Of a stretch of DNA of 64,000 nt, positions 40,435 to 48,872 are shown in pieces. Positions within the stretch are counted from its first letter, which is position 1. Every line of letters starts with the position of its first letter. The stretch covers positions 1,395 to 65,394 of the forward strand of contig JAZQYO010000024.1 in the NCBI GenBank assembly GCA_045633565.1, read 5' to 3'. Position numbers and translations under genes: made by a program. Origin of the DNA: Clostridia bacterium (GTDB lineage: Bacteria > Bacillota > Clostridia > RUG12999). Under the pieces are notes generated by a model. The model was not told the DNA's origin. It made no database searches and was given only the letters and a program-made list of their open reading frames with translations.

Positions 40435-41403
40435 TTGAATCACAAAATAATTGCCCGACTGTCGCATGTGTCACCATCAACGGTCTCGAAGGCTCTTTCA
40501 GGAAGCTCCGAAGTAAGCCCCGAAACTGCTGAAAAAATTCGTCAGATAGCGATTGATGTCGGATATTTCAAGGAAAAAAACAAACGCAAGCGCAACTACT
40601 CGCATAATCGCCAGCTGCTGATTGCGTTAATCGTGCCCGAGGTTATGGGGTTTCACTACTCCTCAATAATAACATATATAAAAAACGAGGTTGAGGCAAA
40701 AGGCGGTAATATCGCCATTTATGTATCTGATTTCAGCAACGAAAAGGCAAACAACCTTCTTAAGTCGGTTATTATGCACAGCGGTGCCGACGGTGTAATA
40801 ATGTTCGCCCTGCCAAGCCACGAAATAAATCCTAACATCCCTATTATTACCATTGGCTCATCGTGCAAGGAATACGACTCCATTAAGTGTGATATGAACC
40901 GGATAATAAATGATTCCGTAGAGTATCTATATGGACTCGGACATAAAAAAATAGGGTTTGTTGGTGAATACAACACCATTTCTGCCACAGAGTCATTCAA
41001 ACACATAACAAACTGCCCTGATGATTTTGTATATATCGTCAACGGCAGGTTTGAGACTATAGGTATTCAGGCGGCGGAAAGAATAATACTGCAAAAAAAT
41101 CGCCCTACAGCACTTATTTGTGCTTATGACGAAATTGCAATATCTCTCATACATCAGCTTAATAAGAACTCTGTACGCGTGCCTGACGATATTTCGGTTA
41201 TGGGCATCAACAACATTTCTTCATCTGCTTATGCACAGATTCCGCTGACAACCGTTGACACTTTTTCTTCAGAACAGTATAAAATAGCTATAGACATTCT
41301 TTTTGATAAGATAATCAATGAAACGCAAATCGTCAAGCACATGACCATTGAGCATAAGTTGATTGAAAGAGAAACAACAAAGAAAAAGGAGACAAACAAG
41401 TGA
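40435..41403 (+). CDS. LacI family transcriptional regulator
   Basis: Start set at TTG 40435 after the GAGGTG RBS. The track ATG at 40375 sits inside a TTGTATATAAT promoter-like sequence. HTH region NHKIIARLSHVSPSTVSKALSG plus a periplasmic-binding-like sugar domain. Confidence 0.75.
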   Translation: MNHKIIARLSHVSPSTVSKALSGSSEVSPETAEKIRQIAIDVGYFKEKNKRKRNYSHNRQLLIALIVPEVMGFHYSSIITYIKNEVEAKGGNIAIYVSDFSNEKANNLLKSVIMHSGADGVIMFALPSHEINPNIPIITIGSSCKEYDSIKCDMNRIINDSVEYLYGLGHKKIGFVGEYNTISATESFKHITNCPDDFVYIVNGRFETIGIQAAERIILQKNRPTALICAYDEIAISLIHQLNKNSVRVPDDISVMGINNISSSAYAQIPLTTVDTFSSEQYKIAIDILFDKIINETQIVKHMTIEHKLIERETTKKKETNK

Positions 41404-42659
41404 CAAAGGATATCTATAAAACAAGCCGCATTTGTTATATAATTGAAGAAACCACAGCATATCTCATCACCTTCCTTATAACAGGTGCATATCTTGCAAA
41501 GCTCACGCTTTCGCTGGGATTTTCTGACAGTCTTACCGCACTGCTCGGCTCTTTTGTAAATTTGGGCTGTGTTTTTCAGTTGTTTGCAATCGCTATATTT
41601 AGGCGCGGTAGCGCAAAAAGAAAGCTGACAATTCTCTACACAATTAATGAATTACTTTTTGCACTTTTGTATTTAGTACCGTTTCTTAACATAAACTCAT
41701 CTGTAAAAACGGCTCTGTTTATAGCTTTTCTGCTTGGCGGGTACTTTATTTTCAACACCGTATCCTCACCCAAAACAAATATGTTCATGGCTCTTATTCC
41801 AGACAATCGCCGTGGCACATTCACCGCGTATAAGGAAGCAATCTCACTCGTGAGCGGTGTTGCATTCAGATTTTCTATGGGGCTTTTAATTGATTATTTT
41901 AATTCCAGAGGGAATATGATTGCAGCGTTTATTACCTGCGGTGTAACTATTGTGGCACTTATGATTATGCATACACTGTCGCTTATTTTCGCCAAAGAAA
42001 AAGACCTTGGGCAGGTTGACAGCGGCTCCGTACTTAATGGTATAAAGGAAGTCATTTTTGACAAAAGGATTGCACCTATACTCATTATCAGCATAATGTG
42101 GACCACCTGCAACGCTATCTGCACACCATTTTTGGGTACATATCAGGTAAAAGAACTTGGCTTCAGCATGACATATGTAGCAGTTCTTTCGGCAATTAAT
42201 GCCGGTGTGCGAATTATCGCATCAGTCTTCCTCGGTCGCTATGCCGATAAAAATTCCTTTGCAAAAATGCTTAAAATATGCTATGGACTGGTTGCGTTAA
42301 GCTTTGTTGCAATAACCTTTACCACCCCTGCCAACGGATATCTGACATATATGATTTATGAGATATTTATGGCAGCGGCTATGGGCGGAATAAACAGTGC
42401 AGAAATAAACCTCATATTTGACTACGCAATTCCCGAAAAGAGGAAAAACGCTCTGTCTGTAAAATATGCTTTTTGTGGTGTGTGCGGATTTTTTGCAACT
42501 CTTGCGGTGACACCTCTTGTAAACTATATACAGCGTTCAGGTAACAGAATTTTCGGTGTTCCTATATACGCACAACAAATACTTTCACTTGTATCACTTA
42601 CTCTAAGCATTGTTTTAATACTATTCATAGACAAAGTAGTTATCAGGAAGAACAAATAA
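41400..42659 (+). CDS. MFS transporter
   Basis: 419 aa, about 12 predicted TM helices. GTG start overlaps the LacI stop. AAGGAG RBS. Confidence 0.8.
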   Translation: MTKDIYKTSRICYIIEETTAYLITFLITGAYLAKLTLSLGFSDSLTALLGSFVNLGCVFQLFAIAIFRRGSAKRKLTILYTINELLFALLYLVPFLNINSSVKTALFIAFLLGGYFIFNTVSSPKTNMFMALIPDNRRGTFTAYKEAISLVSGVAFRFSMGLLIDYFNSRGNMIAAFITCGVTIVALMIMHTLSLIFAKEKDLGQVDSGSVLNGIKEVIFDKRIAPILIISIMWTTCNAICTPFLGTYQVKELGFSMTYVAVLSAINAGVRIIASVFLGRYADKNSFAKMLKICYGLVALSFVAITFTTPANGYLTYMIYEIFMAAAMGGINSAEINLIFDYAIPEKRKNALSVKYAFCGVCGFFATLAVTPLVNYIQRSGNRIFGVPIYAQQILSLVSLTLSIVLILFIDKVVIRKNK

Positions 42660-42780
42660 AAATACTTCGATTATATTTTCTCAATGCATTAGGAGCAAAA
42701 AACAATAATATGCTAACTCTACATACGGTCTGCCATACAAAAGCAAAAAAATCAACCGCTTTGAGCGGTTGATTTTTTTA

Positions 42781-43803
42781 TTATTTATCAAGTAAATTAC
42801 GGGGGTTAATTTTTGTCATAAGTTCAATGTCGCCCGATGAAATTCCAAAATCTTCCATCATGGGAACAATATTGCTTATAATGTGGTCATATCCCCATCC
42901 GCCGTAACGGTGAAGCATACCTTTAAGACAAATGTCATTTGAGAGAAGAATCTGTTTTGCATAGCCTTTATCGCAAAGCATTTTCAGGAATTTAACACGT
43001 TCTACGTCTGATGCAAATGAGCCGAGCAGGAAGTTGCTTCTTCTCTGGTCACAGTAGAATTCTTTACCAAAATCGTCAAACTCAACATTGGCACCTTTTT
43101 TAAGAATTTCCATTATGTATTCTTCGCAAAGGCGTACATCAACGTGGTCTAAAACTATTTTCTCGGGCGCTGCACCCATGCTCATTGCAATTTCAAGTGC
43201 GTTAAGACCCTCATTTGTCCACAGACTGCAGTGAACCTGCATACCTGCACCTGTTTCCTTCTGTGCTCTTGCCGCTGCACGAAGACTCTTTTTCTGGAAA
43301 TCGTCCATAACGTCGCCTGTTCCGATTTCACCTATAATTCCTGCTTTTACATCTGTGTCCCATATTCCGACAGTTAAATCCTTCATGATTTCTTCATAGA
43401 GTTCATCTTCCGTCATTGCTATATCCTCAGGACTACCGCCTAAATATCTTCCGCAACCGCAAACCATTTTAACGCCTGTCTGCTCAGAAATATATTTATA
43501 TCTTTCGGGGCGACGACCCTTTCCGCAGTTTAAGTCAACATACATGTCCCCGCCTGCTTCTTTGAACTTTTTAATTTCAAATATTGTGTCTTCCTCGTTA
43601 TCCATAAATCCGTTATCAAGGATTGCATACGGATTAAGACGAATAAGACCGTGATTTTCAAGTGAAAGCGGCTCATAGTATGAAGGGTCTCCCGTAGGCT
43701 TTAAAAATCTCCTCATATCAAAAATTACATGCTCGTGTGGAAGAATATGTCCTACTGTTTCCGCTTTAACATCGCCAAGTACCGTTGTAATCATTACTAT
43801 CAT
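42781..43803 (-). CDS. phosphotriesterase-family (PTE/PHP, amidohydrolase superfamily) protein, likely lactonase-type hydrolase
   Basis: 340 aa. N-terminal GHILPHEHV binuclear metal-site motif and later HVD... motifs of the PTE fold. Confidence 0.8.
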   Translation of the reverse strand: MIVMITTVLGDVKAETVGHILPHEHVIFDMRRFLKPTGDPSYYEPLSLENHGLIRLNPYAILDNGFMDNEEDTIFEIKKFKEAGGDMYVDLNCGKGRRPERYKYISEQTGVKMVCGCGRYLGGSPEDIAMTEDELYEEIMKDLTVGIWDTDVKAGIIGEIGTGDVMDDFQKKSLRAAARAQKETGAGMQVHCSLWTNEGLNALEIAMSMGAAPEKIVLDHVDVRLCEEYIMEILKKGANVEFDDFGKEFYCDQRRSNFLLGSFASDVERVKFLKMLCDKGYAKQILLSNDICLKGMLHRYGGWGYDHIISNIVPMMEDFGISSGDIELMTKINPRNLLDK

Positions 43804-43916
43804 CCCTTCTTTTTTTCTTCATAATAACACACGGCCCTATTAAATTAAATTGCATTTTGTATTTTTGAGCTTGCATTTTTTCTTTTAAATATGTTATAAT
43901 GTATTCGGTGATTAAT

Positions 43917-44765
43917 ATGAATATTATATCTGTCTCAGAAAACAATCCCTGTTTTTATGTCAAAAGATTTGATGAAATAAAAAAGGACAGTGCATTTTAC
44001 TGTCACGATACTTTTTTAATATGCTACTGTCAACGTGGTAATTTTACACATTATCTTGAAAAATCGTCTGCAACACTTTATCACGGGGATATACTTATTC
44101 TCCCGCCCAACACTCTGCATAAGTTTCAGATAAACACTCCTCAGACAGTGATTTACACCATGAGTTTTCCTTACGATTATATCACTTCAGCTTGCTCGGA
44201 AAACAGTTTTATTAAGTCTCTTGAGAGTGGTGACAATATACACGCAAAGCTGGTGCTTCCTCCTGAGGAAATTGTTTTGTTTGAATGTCTTTTAGACCGC
44301 ATTGCAGATGAATGGGAATTCCGTAATCCGTGTTATGAGGAAATTATCAAACATGCTTTATCGGTCATTATAACAATTCTGTCAAGGGTTTGCAGATTAA
44401 ACTCCCGTGATACTCTGTCGCAGACCTATCAGAAAGGTCAGCTTTTAAAGCATTGCGTTTCCTATATAGATGCACACTGCACAAAAGATATTTCACTGGA
44501 TGAGATAACCCGTATGTCAAGTATGTCCAGGGCTGTTTTCTGCTCTCTTTTCAAAAAAGAAACGGGCCTGTCTTTTAAAGCATACCTCAACAGAAAACGC
44601 ATTCAAAAGGCGATGGCACTTATAAAAAGCGGAGAAAAAATTACAACTGTGGCAACCCTCTGTGGATATCGCGAGTTCAGCACTTTTTACCGCAACTTTA
44701 TAAAATACACATCAACCACCCCTGTTAAGTATCAGAATATATCAAACAAAAAAAACCTTGTCTGA
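43917..44765 (+). CDS. AraC family transcriptional regulator (N-terminal cupin, C-terminal HTH)
   Basis: C-terminal dual HTH (ITTVATLCGYREFSTFYRNFIKYT). Start at the second ATG because the track ATG overlaps a TATAAT. Confidence 0.75.
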   Translation: MNIISVSENNPCFYVKRFDEIKKDSAFYCHDTFLICYCQRGNFTHYLEKSSATLYHGDILILPPNTLHKFQINTPQTVIYTMSFPYDYITSACSENSFIKSLESGDNIHAKLVLPPEEIVLFECLLDRIADEWEFRNPCYEEIIKHALSVIITILSRVCRLNSRDTLSQTYQKGQLLKHCVSYIDAHCTKDISLDEITRMSSMSRAVFCSLFKKETGLSFKAYLNRKRIQKAMALIKSGEKITTVATLCGYREFSTFYRNFIKYTSTTPVKYQNISNKKNLV

Positions 44766-44779
44766 GACAAGGTTTTTTT

Positions 44780-46558
44780 CTAACTCTGTAATTGTTTAAG
44801 CTCATAAAATTCGCCTTTTTTTGCCATTAGCTCATCGTACGTTCCTATTTCCGTTATTCTGCCGCCGTTTACAACTGCAATGCGGTCCGCATTTTTAATG
44901 GTTGACAGTCTGTGAGCAACAAGGAAAGTAGTACATTTTTTCATCATATTGTCCACTGCTTTCTGAACCTTTTTTTCAGAAGCAGAGTCAAGTGCAGAGG
45001 TTGCTTCGTCAAAAATGATAATTTTCGGGTTTCTTAAAATCGCTCTTGCTATAGATATTCTCTGACGCTGACCACCCGACAATTTGCCGCCGTGTTCCCC
45101 AAGCTGGGTGTGCATTCCCATTGGTAAATTTTCCACAAGCTCGTCAAGTCCGACCGCTTTTAAAACCTCTCCCACCTGCTCGTCACTGACATTGTCAAGC
45201 CCGTAGGTAATATTGTCCTTAACAGTTCCCGAAAATAAAATTGTATTCTGAGGAACAACTGCAATCTGACTTCTGTATTCGGTCATATCAAGATTTATCA
45301 TATTCACTCTGTCAATAAGAATCTGACCCTCTTGCGGTCTGTCAAAGCCTATCATCAGATTTAAAATAGTAGATTTGCCTGCGCCCGAACCACCGACAAA
45401 AGCTATACTTTCCCCGGGTGCAACTTCTATATTAAAATTATTTAATATCCATCTGTCACCATCTGCATATTTATACCGGACATCACGGAAGCTTACTCCG
45501 CCTTTCATATCCTTTAGCGGAATAATTGCATTGTCCGTTTCGATATTTTCTTCGTTTAAAATTTCGCTGATTGAGTTGATTGATTCGGCACCCTTGGTAA
45601 GCTGAGGATAAAGATTTAAAAGGGTGTTAACCGCCGTTACAATTTGTCCGAAATATGTCTGATAAAGCACCACTTCACCAACTGAAATTTTTCCATTATA
45701 AGCCATAATTCCTGTAAATGTCAGGCAGGCAAGTCTGGAAAGCTCCATTAAAACCCAACTGCTCGCCAAAAAGAAATTGTTTGTCTTGTCAAGATTATAC
45801 CCGGTGTCCATAACATTGCCCAAACGGCGGTCCATGTGATTAACTTCCCGTCTTTGAAGTCCATGTGCCCGGGTTACCGGTATAAGCTCAAGCATTTCTG
45901 AAACATCAGACTGTGTTTCTTCCATCTCTGTCCTGAATTTCGAGTTTCTCCTTTTTACACCGCTGCCAAGAACTCTGAGTAGCAAAATCTCCATAGGTAT
46001 TATTAAAATGAAAAACACCATAACCACAGGGCTGTTTCTTAACGTCATTGTTATCGTAACTGCAAGGGTTGCGGTAATCCCGAAAAGATTCCTAAAAAGT
46101 GCCGCAAGCATTGTTTCGACATTCTCGCAGTCACGCATGATTTTGGACTGCAGCTTGCCCGAGCTGATATTTTTATGAAACATTATGGAAAGCTGCTGCA
46201 GTTTTTCAACAATGCTTCTTCTCAGGCTGTACTCAATATTTCTTGTAAGTCTGTCATACACTTTGGAAACTGCAAATGTTGAAAAAGAGTTCTGCGCTAT
46301 ACATACAAAAGCTATGGTTGCACAAAGCAGAATATATGAAAGCGTTCTATTCTTATATGTAACAGCATTAATAATTTCGGTAGTCACAATCGGGATAACC
46401 CATACAGGAAGATTCTGGGCAATGAGAAAGAATGCACTTTTTACAAGTGTCCATCCCTCTCCCTTGTAAAAACCAAGCATTATTTTAAATGGATGTCCTT
46501 TGTTTTCGGTAAAGTTTTTCACACAATCATTAGCCATTTTGTTGCTTCGTTTTATCAT
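44780..46558 (-). CDS. ABC transporter permease/ATP-binding protein (type I exporter, MsbA-like)
   Basis: 592 aa. 6-TM N-terminal domain, Walker A GGSGAGKST, signature LSGGQRQR, Walker B IIIFDEATSALD. Confidence 0.9.
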   Translation of the reverse strand: MIKRSNKMANDCVKNFTENKGHPFKIMLGFYKGEGWTLVKSAFFLIAQNLPVWVIPIVTTEIINAVTYKNRTLSYILLCATIAFVCIAQNSFSTFAVSKVYDRLTRNIEYSLRRSIVEKLQQLSIMFHKNISSGKLQSKIMRDCENVETMLAALFRNLFGITATLAVTITMTLRNSPVVMVFFILIIPMEILLLRVLGSGVKRRNSKFRTEMEETQSDVSEMLELIPVTRAHGLQRREVNHMDRRLGNVMDTGYNLDKTNNFFLASSWVLMELSRLACLTFTGIMAYNGKISVGEVVLYQTYFGQIVTAVNTLLNLYPQLTKGAESINSISEILNEENIETDNAIIPLKDMKGGVSFRDVRYKYADGDRWILNNFNIEVAPGESIAFVGGSGAGKSTILNLMIGFDRPQEGQILIDRVNMINLDMTEYRSQIAVVPQNTILFSGTVKDNITYGLDNVSDEQVGEVLKAVGLDELVENLPMGMHTQLGEHGGKLSGGQRQRISIARAILRNPKIIIFDEATSALDSASEKKVQKAVDNMMKKCTTFLVAHRLSTIKNADRIAVVNGGRITEIGTYDELMAKKGEFYELKQLQS

Positions 46559-46652
46559 AACAACACACCCTCCACATCAGAAAAATTTCCTTGTGTAACA
46601 CCCATTATAACCAATTAAACCAATTTGTCAAGATATATTTTAAAAAAATAAA

Positions 46653-46674
46653 AAGACTTGTCAAAACAAGTCTT
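46653..46674 (-). terminator. palindrome AAGACTTGT-CAAA-ACAAGTCTT; reads as an intrinsic terminator on the minus strand (T-tract follows), just upstream of the ABC-exporter promoter
   Basis: 9-bp arms. On the minus strand it is followed by TTTTTATTTTTTT, then TTGACA-16-TATAAT for the exporter gene. Confidence 0.5.
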
Positions 46675-46702
46675 GGCTACATAACAAATGCAAAGTATTT
46701 TA

Positions 46703-46884
46703 GTGAAATATCTCACTCCGTTCGATATGAAATAATTTACTCTGTAAATTGTGAAATAGAAACCTTAAGGTTTCTGTGAAATAAAATAAATCCTTTATCA
46801 CACGCCGCAAGGCGTATTTCATATTGCGAAGCAATATTTCATACACGAAGTGTATTTCACAAATCCTGAAAGGATTTATTTCAT
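46703..46884. repeat. symmetric array of eight RTGAAATA boxes (4 direct and 4 inverted) interleaved with short GNRA/GAA-loop hairpins
   Basis: GTGAAATA or ATGAAATA at 46703, 46727, 46751 and 46776 (24-24-25 nt phasing). TATTTCAT or TATTTCAC at about 46815, 46835, 46853 and 46877. Spacers form mini-hairpins: ATTTAC-TCT-GTAAAT, GAAACC-TTAA-GGTTTC, CGCC-GCAA-GGCG, TTGC-GAA-GCAA, CAC-GAA-GTG, AAATCC-TGAAA-GGATTT. Confidence 0.6.
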
Positions 46885-46900
46885 TGAAAAAACGACTTGT

Positions 46901-46939
46901 CAAAAGATGTGCTTTCTTCTTTGGCTGCCGGACTAGGAT
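46901..46939. repeat. 39-bp direct repeat copy 1: 3' 18 nt of tRNA-Gln plus 21 nt of its downstream terminator (att-like scar)
   Basis: CAAAAGATGTGCTTTCTTCTTTGGCTGCCGGACTAGGAT is identical to 47079..47117. The last 18 nt are the reverse complement of the tRNA-Gln 3' end ATCCTAGTCCGGCAGCCA. Confidence 0.75.
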
Positions 46940-47036
46940 ACCTCCGCTACGCGTCATGCATCCTCGCGGTAAACCGCTCGGACTTCGAAACTAAAAACAG
47001 TCCACAGGACTGTTTTTTTAACGTTTCTCACCCTCT

Positions 47037-47063
47037 CAGGGTTCGAATCCTGCCCGCACCCAC
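47037..47063 (+). pseudogene. orphan tRNA 3' fragment (T-arm plus acceptor 3' strand), plus strand
   Basis: TCAGGGTTCGAATCCTGCCCGCACCCA has a GGTTCGAATCC T-loop and a CCA-like end, but no matching 5' half upstream. A terminator hairpin (46994–47019) sits instead. Confidence 0.35.
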
Positions 47064-47078
47064 AACAAAAAAGCACAT

Positions 47079-47117
47079 CAAAAGATGTGCTTTCTTCTTT
47101 GGCTGCCGGACTAGGAT
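47079..47117. repeat. 39-bp direct repeat copy 2 (genuine tRNA-Gln 3' end plus its terminator half)
   Basis: See copy 1. Includes the terminator AAGCACATC-TTTT-GATGTGCTT for the minus-strand tRNA operon. Confidence 0.75.
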
Positions 47118-47173
47118 TCGAACCCAGACAAACAGAGTCAGAGTCTGTCGTGCTACCCTTACACAATCCGGCA
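47100..47173 (-). tRNA. tRNA-Gln (anticodon CUG)
   Basis: Reverse complement TGCCGGATTGTGTAAGGGTAGCACGACAGACTCTGACTCTGTTTGTCTGGGTTCGAATCCTAGTCCGGCAGCCA. Acceptor U1-A72, anticodon loop CUCUGAC, T-loop GGTTCGAATCC, encoded CCA. Confidence 0.9.
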
Positions 47174-47179
47174 ATATAT

Positions 47180-47271
47180 TGGAGGAGAGGAAGGGATTCG
47201 AACCCTCGATACGCTATTAACGTATACAGCATTTCCAATGCTGCGCCTTCAACCAACTCAACCACCTCTCC
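47180..47271 (-). tRNA. tRNA-Ser (anticodon GGA)
   Basis: Reverse complement GGAGAGGTGGTTGAGTTGGTTGAAGGCGCAGCATTGGAAATGCTGTATACGTTAATAGCGTATCGAGGGTTCGAATCCCTTCCTCTCCTCCA. 7-bp acceptor stem, long variable arm, anticodon loop UUGGAAA. Confidence 0.9.
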
Positions 47272-47532
47272 ATGAAAAGCTGAGTCATAAGCTGACAACA
47301 AAAGATATTATACCATGATTCTTCCCATTTGTCAATAATGAAATACATATTTTTTTAAAATTAATTTTTTGAAATTTTTAAAAATAAATCTTGCATTTTT
47401 TATTAACTTAGTGTATAATATATATCGTATGATTTATAATGGAATGATATGTTGTGAAAGTCTGCATATTCAGATAGAAAATTATTTAGTCAGTTTAATC
47501 CCGTGCAGACAAAGAAAGGTTTGGACTTAAAA

Positions 47533-48732
47533 ATGTATATTTCAGAAAAAGCAAAAAGGGTGAAACCATCCTCCACTCTTGCTATCACTTCAAAATTCAA
47601 GGCAATGAAAGCCGAAGGTATTGACGCAGTAGGTTTCGGTGCCGGCGAGCCGGATTTTGATACTCCGGAAGAAATTAAAAACGCCTGCAAAGACGCTTTA
47701 ACCCGCGGGGTTACCAAATACACTCCCGCTTCCGGTACTGCCGAACTTAAAATGGCAATATGCAGAAAGCTTCTTCGTGATAATGGGCTGAATTATCAGC
47801 CGGCAGATATTGTTATTTCCAACGGCGCAAAGCATTCTCTTACCAATATATTTATGGCAATCTGCAATCCGGGAGATGAAGTTATTATTCCTGCTCCCTT
47901 TTGGGTAAGTTACCCGGAAATGGTTGCAATGGCAGATGGCAAAAGCATTATTTTAAATACAACAGAGGAAAATGAATTTAAAATTTCAGCTGCGGATTTT
48001 GAAGCAGCAATCACTCCTAAAACCCGTGCAATTATTATAAACAGCCCTTCCAACCCAACAGGTTCGGTTTATACAGAGGAAGAATTGCAAAAAATTGCAG
48101 ATGTTGCTGTTAAACATGATATTTATGTTATTTCCGATGAGGTTTATGAGCATCTGATTTACGACGATGCAAATCACGTGAGCATTGCCTCTTTGGGCGA
48201 GGATATTAAAAAACTTACAATTGTCGTAAACGCAATGTCTAAAACTTATGCTATGACAGGCTGGAGAATTGGTTATACCGCATGTGAAAAAGAGCTTGCA
48301 ACAGCAATGGCTAACATTCAGTCACACGCTACGTCAAACCCCAACTCTTTTGCTCAGGCGGCATCCTGCGTGGCTTTGGACGGCTCTCTCGACTGTGTTA
48401 AAATGATGAAGGCAGAGTTTAAAAAACGCAGAGATTATATGTATAAAAGAATCAATGAGATAGCCGGTGTTTCCTGCATTATGCCAAAAGGCGCCTTCTA
48501 TATGATGATGAATATTGAGCAGATTATCGGTCATACCATGTACGGCAAAATGATAAATGGCAGTGACGACTTTGCTGACCTTTTCCTTGAAAAAGCGCTC
48601 GTTGCAGTTGTTCCCTGTAGTGGTTTTGGTGCCGATAGCTATTTGAGATGGTCCTATGCAACATCTATGGAATCCATAGAAAAAGGCTTGGACAGACTTG
48701 AAAAGTTTATAAGAGACGGGCTGGATAAGTAA
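47533..48732 (+). CDS. aspB: aspartate aminotransferase (class I aminotransferase)
   Basis: Start at MYISEKAKRVKPSSTLAITSKFKAMKAEG (typical AspAT N-terminus) rather than the track ATG 30 nt upstream. PLP-lysine motif SKTYAMTGWRIGY. Confidence 0.85.
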   Translation: MYISEKAKRVKPSSTLAITSKFKAMKAEGIDAVGFGAGEPDFDTPEEIKNACKDALTRGVTKYTPASGTAELKMAICRKLLRDNGLNYQPADIVISNGAKHSLTNIFMAICNPGDEVIIPAPFWVSYPEMVAMADGKSIILNTTEENEFKISAADFEAAITPKTRAIIINSPSNPTGSVYTEEELQKIADVAVKHDIYVISDEVYEHLIYDDANHVSIASLGEDIKKLTIVVNAMSKTYAMTGWRIGYTACEKELATAMANIQSHATSNPNSFAQAASCVALDGSLDCVKMMKAEFKKRRDYMYKRINEIAGVSCIMPKGAFYMMMNIEQIIGHTMYGKMINGSDDFADLFLEKALVAVVPCSGFGADSYLRWSYATSMESIEKGLDRLEKFIRDGLDK

Positions 48733-48872
48733 AATCCGTCCTGTTTCGGAGATAAATTATCCAATTTGCAAGAAAACGTTTTTCATCTTGCAAATGCACA
48801 AATTTTGTTGCTTAAAATATTATTATAAAAAAGTCAGCAGTTATAGCTGCAAATAAATTACAAAGGCAGGAA

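Noticed and set aside
43899-43916. Track start codon for the AraC regulator
   Set aside because: ATG sits inside a TATAAT -10 element. The next in-frame ATG gives the expected N-terminus length.
46703-46884. Repeat array as CRISPR or as type III ToxI antitoxin RNA
   Set aside because: Repeat unit is only 8 bp with variable hairpin spacers and no cas or toxN gene. ToxI-type repeats are near-identical 30–40-nt units. Neither fits.
39048-47300. Intact prophage or ICE at tRNA-Gln
   Set aside because: No integrase, excisionase, replication, structural or conjugation genes anywhere in the window. Only att-like scars remain.
46954-47301. ORFs 46897..47220(+), 47087..47275(+), 46954..47301(-) across the tRNA region
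   Set aside because: They read through tRNA-Gln and tRNA-Ser genes, terminators and the att repeat. They are artefacts of stop-codon-poor structured DNA.
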